A program made the translations under genes and the position numbers. Under the pieces are notes generated by a model. That model was not told the origin of the DNA. It did not search any database and was given only the letters and a program-made list of their open reading frames with translations. This document shows, one piece after another, positions 35,554 to 48,327 of a stretch of 64,000 bases of DNA (positions are counted from its first letter, which is position 1; each line of letters opens with the position of its first letter). The stretch is from Malacoraja senta. Taxonomy: Eukaryota. The stretch is taken from NCBI GenBank assembly GCA_038087875.1, contig JAXLNO010000077.1:1-64000 (forward strand). The letters run 5' to 3'.

Positions 35554-38217
35554 GTATAAGAATGGGCAATTTTCCGACCATTCAAGCCTGGTCACCACAC
35601 CTTTGAGAGAAAATGATTTATATCATAATTCATATTTACTTATCCTCTACTTATTATAATCTTTCCCTGATAAATTTCCATACTTTTATTCAGAGAAATC
35701 ACCATATTTTCTGTTTTCTCCACGATTAACAGACACTGGGTAAACAAATGTGTTGTGCATTTGAGTCACACAAAATGTAAACCCCAACAAATTGGTAATT
35801 ACAATATTGTCAATCAGTATACAAGTTATTTTATTTCTCAGTTACTGTTCATCAGATTTGTTTCAATCAGACTGAGCACTGAGCCTTCTGAAGGTTCCAC
35901 ATTTTCATATGTCATCTCTCAGGTGAAGCATCAAATCTATTCTGTGCTCTCCCAGCCCTAAAGGTTGAATGGCATCATCTGAAGTTTATAAACACATACC
36001 TCCAGATTCAGGGACAATTTCTTCCCAGCTGTTATCAGGCAACTGAACAGTCTTCTCACCAACTGGAGACCGGTCCTGACCTCCCATCTACCTCTTTGGA
36101 GACCTTCAAACTATCTTTAATCAGACTTTACTGGACTTTATCTTGTACTAAACATTATACCCTTTATCCTGTATCTGTACACGGTGGACGGTTTGAGTGT
36201 AATCATAGTAGTATTTTCGCTGAATAGATAGCACGCAACAAAAAAGCTTTTCACTATACCTCGGTACAGGTGTCAGGTTATGGGGAGAAGGCAGGAGAAT
36301 GGGGTTAGGAGGGAGAGATAGATCAGCCTTGATTGAATGGTGGAATAGACTTGATGGGCTGATGGCCTAATTCTACTCTGATCATTTATGACCTTATGAT
36401 GTGACAATAACAAACTAAACTAAACGAAAGAAGAATAAAAATGTTCTCATCGCACAATCGGGTTAATTTCTCATTTATCTCACTGTTGTTAGCAAGGCCT
36501 GGTGTAAATAAATTGGCTGCCACAGATCACCCTTCTAGTAGTCCCACTGTAAAAAGTAATTAATTAGTTATGAAACTCTTTGGAATGTCCATGCTAATGA
36601 AAAACACATCTTTCTTGTGTTGGTTCCAAGTTCGAAATGCCAATTATAAAGCTAAAATAATTTAAAATAATTAACGAGTAACTGATTAACAACTGGAAGT
36701 ACCGTTGTATCACTCTAATAACATGCAATTCATTCTCTCAATTCAATTAGCCTTACAGGTTGTAAAGTTGAACTTACTGGCCCGGAGCCAAGATAAAGTT
36801 TCATCAAATCATCCATAAAATTGAAAGAAAAACAAATTTTCAAATAATTGTTATCTTTAAAACTAAATGAAGCATGGAATTTAATTGAAAACATTTACTT
36901 TTGAGGCGACGAAGAAAATACTTACATTAGCTGATTAGAAGCTTATAAGAATAATGTATACGTTTGGAAACTTAACTTGAGCAGGGGAGGGAATAGCTCC
37001 AGGCTCGCCTGCTTTGAGGTAGAAGGGAAAGATGACTCATAAAAGTGAGACTGGCAGAAGCATTTAACAACTAGCATTTCATGAAAGTAGAACAGTTTAT
37101 GTGTAGTGAAAAATGGACTGAGAATTAAGAATGTGTGAAAGAGAGAACTGGCAGACTGGAGCCTTGTCAGGCTCAGAGTTGTGCCATAGAATTGTAGAGC
37201 TATTCCGCAAGGAAACAGACGCTTTAGCCTACCGTATCTATGTCAATTATGATGACATACTGAGCGAGTCCCATTTGCCTGCATTCAGCCAATATTCCTC
37301 TAAATGCTCCTATCCATATATCTGTCCAAATTTATTTTTAACATTCCTAATTGTCTCCTATTGCTTTTTCTAGCAGCTTATTCCAGATACAGACTACCCT
37401 TTGAATGAAAATGTCACTCCTGAGGTCCTTCTTAATTCTCTTCCCTCTAACCGTAAGCCTATGCCTTCTAGTTCCAGAATTCTCTACCTTGGGAAAAAGG
37501 CGTTGAGCATTCACTTTCTCCACGTCCCCAGAGATCAAGGCCCACTTTAAATATGTCAAAGCTTTCAAGCAGAGGAGTTCACTCTGTTTTTCAGCAACAG
37601 ACCTTCCATTACACAGTTGAGAAAATGCAGTGCAGACAAGAAACAAGGAACTGCAAATGCTGGTTTAAAAGAAAAGAACCCAAGCCTGAAGACGGGTCCC
37701 AATCCAAAACGTTATCTATCTATCCATGTTCTCCAGAGATGTTGCCTGACCCACTGACCCAATGACTTACTCTAGCAGTTTGTGTCCTTTTTTGCAGTGT
37801 AAACTCTTCTAAATTTTCCAATGCAATGAAAATTTAAGAAATTCACTGAAGAACACAGATCAAATAGCTTAGACAACAAAACCTGCATAAAAGTCTGACA
37901 AAGGATCTCAACCCGAAATGTCACCATTCCTTCTATCCAGAGATGCTGAGTTACTCCAGCATTTTGTGTCTATCTTCGGTTTCAACCAGCATCTGCAGTT
38001 CCTTCCCACACATAAAATGTTATTGACACCTAAGCAGAATTCCTCTTCCTTTCAGCTCCACTAGCATAACCACATATTCCACTTTATGGAAATTCTAAGC
38101 CTTTCAATGCTTGTTCTCATCACAGTCTCCCCAAATTTCAGACACCCTATTCACGGACTCACAGAATAATCCAACCATACAACACATAAACAAACCCATT
38201 TTCTCAAATAATCCATC

Positions 38218-38500
38218 TTTAGTTTAGTTTAGTTTAGAGATGCACCTTATTCCCGAGTCTACACCGACCAGCGATCCCCGCATACTAACACTACCCTACA
38301 CACATTAGGGACAATTTTACATTTCTACTAAGCCAATTAACGTACAACCCTGTACGTCTTTGAAGTTTGGGAGGAAACTGAAGATCTCGAAGAAAACCCA
38401 CGCAGGTTACGGGGTGAAAGTACAAACTCCATACAGACAGGATCGAACCCGGGGCTCTGGCGCTGTAATGCAGTAGCTCTGATACTCTGCCTCCGTGCCA
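38218..38500 (-). mobile_element. tRNA-derived SINE, internally deleted
   Basis: (AGTTT)n, SINE core and GGATCGAACC (reverse B box). Confidence 0.8.
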
Positions 38501-38752
38501 CCTAACCAAGCTATTCTCACTTGCCTACATCTAGCCCATATCCTACCAAACATTTCCCATCCAAGTGATTTCAAATGTTGTTATTGTAACTTACTCTACC
38601 ACCTTGTCTGGCACAATATACCCACCACCATTCAATATACGCACCACCCTCTGCCCCTTTTAAATCTTTCTCACAAACCTATGCCCTGCAGTTTTATACT
38701 CCTCTACCCTAGGCAAATGGCTGTGGCTATTTACCTTATGTATGCCTATATA

Positions 38753-39172
38753 TGATGAGCGTTTGAGGGCACTGGGCCTGTGCTCACTGGAGTTTTGAAG
38801 GATGAGGGGGTACCTCATTGAAACTTACTGAATAGTGAAAGGCTTGGATAGAGTGCATGTGGAGAGGATGTTTCCACTAGTGGGAGTCTAAGACCAGAGG
38901 TCATAGCCTCAAAAAAGGACATTCCTTTAGGAAGCAATGAGGAGGAATTTCTTTAGTCAGAGGGCGGTGAATCTGTGGAATTCTTTGCCACAGAAGTTCT
39001 GTGGAGGCAAAGTAAGCCAGAGATAGATTTTTGATTAGTACGGGTGTCAATGGTTATGGGGAGAAGCCAGGAGAATGGGGTGAGGAGGGAGAGATGGATC
39101 AGCCATGATTGAATTGCAGAGTAGACTTGATGGAACAAATGGCCTAATTTGGCTCCTATCACATGACCTTAT
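38753..39172 (+). mobile_element. CR1 3' fragment
   Basis: CTGGAGTTTTGAAGGATGAGGGGG...GGTGAATCTGTGGAATTC...GGTTATGGGGAGAAG. Confidence 0.85.
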
Positions 39173-40884
39173 GTCTCTGGGTTTATGAATCGTAAACATA
39201 GTTTCAAGTTTAAACTTCATTATTAACACAGGGACCAGAGTTACATGTCGTTATTATTAACACAGGGACCAGAGTTACATGACTTTAAAGTTTGCGAATT
39301 TTCATTTTTTACAGTTCAAATTATAAATAAAGCAAATTGAACTCTATTCTTTTTCTTCATATATCCTCTATAACAGAATTAATTTTTCTGTCATATCCTC
39401 ACCCAAGCAAAAGATTCACTAAGGACTAATTTGGTTCTGGTGTTAAGCCCAATTAGTATTTCTAAATAATGATCCCACTGGGAAAGTGGGTTGAAACAAT
39501 GCAGAGGGCATGTTAACGAGCACATTAATTTGGTGCAATTACAACATCACATTGGATCTTCACACAGATGTTGATGAGGAAAGATATCCATAGAGATTCA
39601 GCTATTCCAAAATTACCTGCAATTTGGTCATTGACAAATCAAACTAGAAATTGCACACTGGTCCAATGTTATCTTTTTTCTTCATGGCATTCAAAAATTT
39701 TGTGCAATACTGTATGTATCAGCGGAGCAGCCTTTTTCGTGCTCACTGCTTCACACTGCAGATGCTCAATTCCGACCTTAAGTGTTGCCTGTGTGGAATT
39801 TGCACGTTCCCTCATTCCCTACACCCATTCCTGAAGAAAATTTAACCAGGACATACACTACCCCTTTAGCTGCAATAAAAGCCAATGATAGTGGTCAGAT
39901 TTCTCTCTCAACAGCAAACTGTTGCCTCCAGCCATCTTTTACATTTGCTGACAAGCTAATGTAATGAACTTATTCCCAGCCAACTTCCCAAAAGCCCTTT
40001 ACTTTTTGCAGTTGCTTAGGACCTCCACGACAGGACAAGCAAACAAGTAAATTGATAATTAATCAGAAAAAAACTCTTAAATGAGACACACAGAGTTGCA
40101 ATTATAAATTCTATTCCAAATCAGGTACAGAAATTGAAATAAACAGTGGGAAAGAAAGATTGGGGAGAGGAAGAGAAAGGGTTGGAAGGAAAAATATAAA
40201 ATTAAATTTAAATATTTTTAAAGCATCATAGGCAATTTAAAAAAGACTCCATATTACAAAGATAAACATTGCCAACAAGTGTGATTTGAAGTAATTTAGA
40301 TTAAAGAATAATTAAAAGATAGCCACGAAAAACTGAGGCAAAAGACAAACTGCTGTGGGTACTCAAAATGTCAGGCAGCATCTGTGGAAAGAAATAAACA
40401 GACAACATTTCAGGCCGGGACCCTTTTTCATAGTCAATTAAAAATAATTATTGCAATTATATGTTCAATTTTTGCCTACAGCACGTACAATAATCTCATG
40501 TCATCCCATGTATTTCAATGCTGAAACGCTTGACAAAATACCAGTGAGGCACCATGATAGATAACGCTGAAAACAACTTCTGATTGCTACCATTCCATGT
40601 ACCAGTGGAATCAACAGAAATTGTAGTCTGTATTATGAAAACCTCCACTTTAATTTGAGGAGAACCAAAAGTGTCAGTTCCCAGGAAGAGTGACCCAAAA
40701 AATTAACTGGTTTCTTATTCTACCGAAGCTGCTCAATCCAGCATTACTGTTTTTATTTCAATACCCTCACTTACGCTAACATGCTGATTGCAAAATCCAG
40801 TTTGTTACACAACAACAGATGTGAAACCCAAAAGCAGAACTGTACAAGGGGAAAGTGAGCAGCCAGAGGTCATTGTAGACTTTA

Positions 40885-41973
40885 TACAACAGGCAGTGAA
40901 GAAATCAAATGGCATGTTGTCCTTCATAGAGAGAGGATTTGAGTATAGGAGCAAGGAGGTCCTACTGCAGTTATACAGAGCCCTGGTGAGACCGCACCTG
41001 GAGTATTGTGTGCAGTTTTGGTCTCCTAATTTGAGGAAGGACATTCTTTCTATTGAGGGAGTGCAGTGTAGGTTCACCAGGTTAATTCCCGGGATGGCAG
41101 GACTGACATATGATGCCAGAATGGATCGACTGGGCTTATATTCACTGGAATTTAGAAGGATGAGAAGGTATCTTCAAGTTCAAGTGAGTTTATTGTCATG
41201 TGTCCCTGATAGGACAATGAAATTCTTGCTTTGCTTCAGCACAACAGAACATAGTAGGCATTGACTACAAAACAGATCAGTGTGTCCATATACCATTCTA
41301 TAAATATATACACACATGAATCAATATACTGATAAAGTGCAAATAACAGTTAATTGGCTAATAAAGTTCAATGTTTTGTCCGAGCCAGGTTTAATAGCCT
41401 GATGGCTGTGGGGAAGTAGCTATTCCTGAACCTGGTCGTTGCAGTCTTCAGGCTCCTGTACCTTCTACCTGAAGGTAGTAGGGAGATGAGTGTGTGGCCA
41501 GGATGGTGTGGGTCCTTGATGATACTGCCAGCCTTTTTGAGGCAGCGACTGTGATAGATCCCCTCGATGGAAGGGAGGTCAGAGCCGATATATTAAAGAA
41601 ACATATAAAATTATTAAGTGATTGGACAGGCTAGATGCAGAAAAATGTTCCCGATGTTGGGGGAGTCCAGAACCAGGGGTCACAATTGAAGAATAAGGGG
41701 TAGGGCATTTAGGACTGAGATGAGGAAAACTCTTTCACCCAGAGAGTTGTGAATCTGTGGAATTCTCTGCCACAGAAGGCAGTGGAGGCCAATTCACTGG
41801 CTGTATTCAAGAGAGAGTTGGATATAGCTCATAAGGTTAAGGGAATCAAGGGAAATGGGGAGAAAGCAGGAACGGGGTACTGATACTGGATGATCAGGCA
41901 TGATCATATTGGCTGGCTCGAAGGGCTAACTGGCCTACTCCTGCACCTATTTTCACTATTTCTATGTTTCTAT
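40885..41973 (+). mobile_element. CR1 3' fragment interrupted by a Rex1 3' end
   Basis: QQAVKKSNGML...LVRPHLEYCVQFWSP...LYSLEFRR up to 41173, resuming at about 41589 and ending in the CR1 tail. Confidence 0.9.
41174..41588 (-). mobile_element. Rex1/Babar-like 3' end, same subfamily as 7572-10350
   Basis: Near-identical to 7572-7950 (CAAGTGAGTTTATTGTCATGTGTCCC...GAAGGGAGGTCAGAGCCGAT). Confidence 0.92.
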
Positions 41974-42348
41974 GTACATATTGGTAGATACATATAAAAA
42001 AAAGGGATGAGATCCTGCATTGGAACATAGGGACTGAGGCAGAAGTTTAAAGAGCAGGACTTCAGCTGGTAATCATTCAGACTCTTGAAACAGGCACACC
42101 ATTTTGAGATTTGGTGGGAAGAGATTATCAGGTGATCAGAGAAAAACGCCAATGATCTGCTCAAAGGCTCCACAAGAAATGTAATAACTGCACTGACTAG
42201 AAGAATTCATTGGACGATGACCACTCAAAATAGAGAAGGAGCATTTAGGGCGGTACTGACGAACATTGAGGCTATGCATCAATAGCACATAGAAGTCCTG
42301 TGTAAGCAGCAGGAGGAACAAACCTTATCCAAATTACCTATTCACCAA

Positions 42349-43061
42349 AGGTACATAAAAATGCTGGAGAAACTCAGCGGGTGCAGCGGCATCTATGGAG
42401 AGAAGGAAATATGCAACGTTTCGGGCCGAAACCCTCCTTCAGACTGATAGGGGGTGGGGAGAAGAAAAGAAAAAGGAGGAGGAGGAGCCCGAGGGCCGAG
42501 GGAGAGATAGGAAGGGGAGGAGACAGCAGGGGCTAGCAAAATAGGGAGAATTCAATGTTCATGCCCCCAGGATGCAGACTCCCCAAGCGGATTATGAGGT
42601 GCTGTTCCTCCAATTTCCGGTTTTGCTCGCTCTGGCCATGGAGGAGACCCAGGACAGAGGTCGGATACGGAATGGGAGGGGGAGTTGAAGTGCTGAGCCA
42701 CCGGGAGGTCAGGTTGCTTTTTGTGGACCGAGCGGAGGTGTTCGGCGAAACGATCGCCAAGCCTTCGCTTGGTCTCACCGATGTAGATCAGCTGACATCT
42801 AGAGCAGCGGATGCAATAAATGAGATAGCCCCTGCTGTCTCCTCCCCTTCCTATCTCTCCCTCAGCCCACGGGCTCCTCCTCCTCCTTTTTCCTTTCTTC
42901 TCCCAGCCCCCCCCCCCCCCCACCCCCTATCAGTCTGAAGAAGGGTTTCGGCCCGAAACGTTGCCTATTTCCTTCGCTCCATAGATGCTGCTGCACCCGC
43001 TGAGTTTCTCCAGCATTTTTGTGTACCTTCGATTTTCCAGCATCTGCAGTTCCTTCTTAAA
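42349..43061 (-). mobile_element. Penelope-like remnant: GIY-YIG fragment between inverted arms
   Basis: LIYCIRCSRCQLIYIGETKRRLGDRFAEHL. 42349-42535 is inverted at about 42827-43028. 14-bp TSD TACCTATTCACCAA at 42335-42348 and 43062-43075. Confidence 0.92.
42931..42965 (+). ncRNA. Minimal hammerhead ribozyme motif (PLE-type)
   Basis: CUGAAGA (42935-42941), stem II GGGU-UUCG-GCCC, GAAA (42955-42958), palindromic ACGU, GUU triplet. Confidence 0.7.
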
Positions 43062-43174
43062 TACCTATTCACCAAGCCCACTTGTTACAGCTATGGGAGA
43101 GATGGCAGTTCTGGCACTGACCTCATTAGCCATTTCAAGACCCACAAAACAAAGCATCTCCCTGTTTTTAGACG

Positions 43175-43372
43175 TTAGATTTTAGAGATACAGCACAGAA
43201 ACAGGCACATCAGTCCACAGAGTCCATGCCGACCTGTGATCACCTCCGTACACTAGCACTATCCTACACACTCTGGACAACTTACAATTTACAATTTTAC
43301 TAAATCCAATTAAACTTTGGATTCTTTGGAGAGTGGGTGGAAACCAGAGCACCCGGTGAAAACCCACGCGGA
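43175..43372 (-). mobile_element. tRNA-derived SINE, 3' part
   Basis: TTTAGAGATACAGCAC...CACTATCCTACACAC...AAACCCACGCGG. Confidence 0.8.
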
Positions 43373-44328
43373 AGAACCAAAGTGGAAATCCAAACATTTA
43401 TTACGCTGCATCTGTGATGAATTTGCCCACTGAGCTAACATACCTAAATCATATTGGACGCTCTGTGCATCCTCCTCATAGCTCACATTCTGTATCCTCT
43501 CCCCCCAGCTTTCAGTTGCCTGCACAGGAAAGAGATGTTACATTTAGTTCCCTCCTGAGGGACTGACAAAGGAGGGTCAAGCATGAGCTAATTTACACAG
43601 AAAAATGTGATAATGAACAAATCATTGTTTATTTTGGGTGACATTGCCTGGAGCATAAATGTTGGCCCCATGAGTGATAATTCCCCTCTCTTTTTATAAT
43701 ACCCATGGGATATTTTACCAGAAGGATTACACCAAGGCTTTAATGCATTGTTTGATATGTGGCATCTTAAAAGTAACAAACTCCATTTGTCCTACATTGG
43801 AAGTGTTATCTCAAATTTTGGGTTCAATTTTGGGTTAGGTAGGAACCATCAAACTCAAACATTAGAATGCTTCAAAGTGAACCATGGTTGAAACTACAAA
43901 ATACTTCATAAAATGGCCCCATCCTTCTTACTTAAAAATAGGCAGATCCAGCTTTTCAAATGAACAGCTGTGGATTTTGGAGCAACAAATTAACATGTTA
44001 ATTTATTTTCCATTTGATTTAATTTAAAATACATACATGCATTTAATTGTTTTTGATCGTTTGGGAGTGCTAATATTTTATTATTTATTGAAATGTTCAA
44101 GTCTTGGTGTTTATCAAGACAATCCAGGGGCTGGAGTCTGCTGTTTGAACTTTGCTGCTCTTTGGTGTTCAGTGGGAATGTGCTTTCCAGCAAAAACTCA
44201 CATACTCGGAAGATTCCATCCCACCCCTGCCATCATTTAACAATATTACATTGCAAATTGTTAAACTGGTAAGTGCACTGCCCAAAGATGAATGGATGTA
44301 AGCTTTCCGCATTTATGAGTAGGAAGGA

Positions 44329-45954
44329 CAGGGTCGGATTTAGATGAAGAGAGTTCCTAGGCTATTCCACTTCTGAGGCCCCTCCCAATCCCCCACCCCC
44401 ACGACGAGAGGAAGATGGAAGAGTCCACCAGATTGACACCGATGTGCAGCCGAGCGTGGCCAATGAGATAAGGGCTGGAAAGCTGCTCTTTTTATTTATT
44501 GCCAGTGCTAGTGTCGAGCTATCGGCTTAAAACACTATTATTCTGAAATGGAGGGCAAGGAAAATTACTGAAGTGTTGTTTCGAGACTACAGTGCGTTGT
44601 GACAGCATATGTAAGAAAGGCCAATGACATTGTCAAAAATATTATACACCAGGCCCGTACGAAGCTTTTCAAAAAGGGGGGTGGCATGGCAGGATTACAA
44701 AAGTTATGTGAAATAAGTGCACGCAGTGCATATCACAAGCGCGAAGCTCAAAGACCTTTGCGGCCGGGGTCCAGGTTCCTGGAAACTCTGGGGTTTTAGA
44801 TGCTCTCTGGTGTATTCTGAGCCTTATTTTGGAGCATTTTTGCACCCAATTTATGACCAATATTTCACAAATAATTTTGGTTGAGTCAAGAGTAATGAGT
44901 GGTTGGAATGGGATGATTGGGGTCATTGATGTATACATTTTTTTAAATCAAGAATTGAAGCTGTCCTTGTTTTAATAATCAAGTTATACTGTAAAATGTT
45001 ATGTAAAATGTTATAAAGGAGCATGCAAACACTGCAAATAAAATACTGTAAGTTTTTGCAGTAAATAAAACCTTTTTTTAGAAAATGTTTTGTGTTGATT
45101 TGATTGCCTGTTACTGTTTGACTGTGTTAGTGTGTGCAGATTAAAAATATGATGCAAAATGAAAGTCGCAAACTATGGAATACACATTTTTCAGTATTGT
45201 TATCAAGGAAAAGAAAGCAGTTCCAATTGTTTGATATTATTCGTATGGAGGAGAAAGTATAATTGCTCTAAAACCTACCTTAATTTTGCAATCTCACTAA
45301 AGATAATCCCCCTTTCCCCCCTACTCCTTCCCCCTCCTTCCCCCTCCCTCCCTCCCCCCTCTGTCTCAACCCCCCTCTTCCCCCTCTCACATCCCCCCCT
45401 TCCCCTCTCTCCCTCCCACGCAGCGAGGCTCCAACTCCGCGCCGCAGACATCGCAGTCCCACCGGCCCAGAGAAAAGAGCACTCCGGCAACGCAATATTC
45501 CACTACTTACCTGGAGTAGATACCTAGGATCTTTGGTAGACACGAGGCATCGAGGTGATTGTGTGGAGTGCAAGTGGAGATCTGAACCCGCCTGGGCCCA
45601 CTGCCCACGCGCGGAGAGACAGCGTCATTTTGCGTCGCTACTGCGTTGCCGGCTTCCCCCAACTGCGCAGACATGGATGCTCGCAATTTTTTTTACCCAA
45701 AACTTCCAGCGGGCCGGAACCAGAATTTCGGGTAATTTCCGTCAAAGTGGAAACGCTGATAGCACTCCAATTTTTTTTTTCTCGGGATTTTTTTTACTCT
45801 GGGAAAAAAACACCTTGGCCGGAGGCCCCCTAGATTTTGAGGCCATAGGCTTCAGCCTATGAAGTCTATAGGTAAATCCGGTCTTGCCGAGGCCCCCCTA
45901 GATCTCGAGGCCCTAAGCTTAAGCTTGTGAAGCTTATACGTAAATCCGGCCCTG
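44329..45954. mobile_element. Non-autonomous DNA transposon (1.6 kb), superfamily unassigned
   Basis: TIR CAGGGTCGGATTTA vs reverse complement of TAAATCCGGCCCTG (13/14). GGA on both sides (44326-44328, 45955-45957); removing the element restores the PLE-arm start GTAGGAAGGAACTGCAGATGCTGG. Confidence 0.85.
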
Positions 45955-46162
45955 GGAACTGCAGATGCTGGTTTAAACCAAAGACAGACACAAAAAGCTG
46001 TAGTAACTCAGCGGGTCAGATAGCATCTCTGGAGAAAAGGAATGGGTGACGTTTCTGGTCGAGACCTTGAAGAATTGTTTCAATACAAAACGTTAATCAT
46101 TCCTTTTCTCCAGAGATGCTGTCTGACCCGCTGAGTTACTCCTGCTTTTTGTGTCTATCTTC
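45955..46162. mobile_element. PLE-derived fold-back element with no coding remnant
   Basis: AGACACAAAAAGCTGTAGTAACTCAGCGGGTCAGA...TCTGACCCGCTGAGTTACTCCTGCTTTTTGTGTCT inverted arms. Confidence 0.85.
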
Positions 46163-48327
46163 CCACATTTATTACAATGCACCACATCCTCCTTCTCTTT
46201 ACACTGCAACCAATTACAATCTGGAATACAGAGCATGCCAATATCTATGATTCAAAATATTCATATAAACCAAACACCAGAAACTCCAGTTTCCCATTAG
46301 AATTGTCAAGTACTGTTGCAGGACTAGGATTGAACAGACAATATAAAGGTACACAATGGGATTCAGTACTATGTATAAATGAAAAGGAAACATAGATCAC
46401 ACGAGCTAAGGGTTATCTTTGCTATTCTACAGTGCAGAGTTGAGCACTTTTTTAAAGTTTCTATTCGGAATGGTTTACAATGAATTGCTTCTCTGAAAAT
46501 ACTGAAACAAAAGTCATTGTACAAAAAGAGCTGGTGCTGGTTTATCTGTATATTTTAATTGACTGACCTTGTTGACTTGCAGTAGTGAAATGTCAACAAG
46601 AGTGAGAAAACTTGTGATATGGAGTTTGCCACAGAGAACAGAAGGTTAAGGTGGAATGTACTAGAATTATTCAAAATCATAAGTGAGTAGTAGGATCAGG
46701 AGTGCACTGCCTCAAAGGTGACACACACAGATTTAATAGTGGAGAGGTGTGCAAAATAGGAAACTATATTTGTAGAACACAAAAAAATGCAGATTCTGGA
46801 ACCTTGAGCAAAAAGCAAAATGCTGAGAGAACTCAGGCAGCATCTATGGAGGGAATGGACAGATTGTGTTTCCATCCAGATCCTTCTTCAAACTGATGAA
46901 CTAGGAGGGAGAATGCTGGAAAAAAAAAGTTGGGGGCGCAGCAAAGCCTGGCAGTGAAAGGTGAAGGCAGGTGACGGGAGATTATTTGAGTAAATGACAA
47001 TGGCTGGAGGTGAAAAGGACACAAAGAGTGTCTGATGCGGAAAGAAGAGGAGCAATGACGTGTAAAGCCAGAAAAAGAGATATGGTTGGGAGGTGAGATT
47101 AAAAGGAAATGGGGGACTTGGGGATGGAGAGGTGGAAAATGAGCGAATGGAGAGGGGGGGGGGGAGGGGGGAGCAGTATGACAAGGATGAGGGGGAGATA
47201 GTGGGTAGGGGTATATTACTATACTTCGGCTTTCTTCTTCACGATTTGCAGTTGTTTATCTTACAAATCAATTATTTCAGCAAGTTTTTTTAATTTTTCA
47301 GAGGGTGGTGAAACAAGCTAATTATTTTCCACCTCACACATGGATCACACTAAAAATTACCTTCCTTTTTCCCTTTCATTTCAGTCATAGAACAAAGATC
47401 ACTACATAACACTAAAAAATCTTACAATGAACTATTCAATATCAAATTTTCATTTTTTAAATTAATTCACTGGTAAGACCATCAAATCCCATACATGACT
47501 ATAAAATAAATTAGAATCAATCTCACACGTGACATTCTGACAAAGTCATCACAAGCATAAATGTTCTTTAAACTTCAATTAAAAATTAACTTTAAATGTA
47601 TTTTGATTTACTTCAAGTTTTCTAAATTATTACTGTAATATGTAGCACAGTTGGTACTCCATATTTTATCACTGTTTTGGATTAGCATCCCGATACTCAA
47701 CTGAAAACAACTGTACAGTAGATTAGAAGCTATTATTACATTATTTCTTCACAGTATGTCAGCCACTTCATTACAAATAGTAGCTAGTATACAAATGAAA
47801 CACGATGCATCATTTTTTCAGCAAAAATTATCCTTTCCTATCGCATGAATAACAGCAAACATTTTGCAAATGCACAAAGCTATACTGACAGCTAAAAAAA
47901 TGAAACTGGGATTAAGGGGCATCAAAAGGGTCAACTGTAGTTTAGTTAGTACCACTCTCATCTCATCTTCCTAGCTCAATCTAGAGGATCAAGCATTAAA
48001 GAAAATTGGACATGCCAATACTGTGGGAGTGCACCATTGTTGGAAATAATGTGCTTTGAATGAGACCAGAGCCTCAGATCTAATTTAAAAAATAATCCTC
48101 TGGAACCATTTTGTGAAGATCAGTTCAGCTATGTTCAGTGACATACCAAACATCTATCGTTAATCAATGTTACCAAACAGATCGTAGACACAAAATGCTG
48201 GAGTAACTCAGCGGGACAGGCAGCATTTCTGGATAGAAGGAATGGGTGATGTTTTGGAAGAGACCCTGTTCAGAGAAGGGTCTCGCCATGAAACATCACC
48301 CATTCCTTCTAGGTTTCAAAGGTTTCA

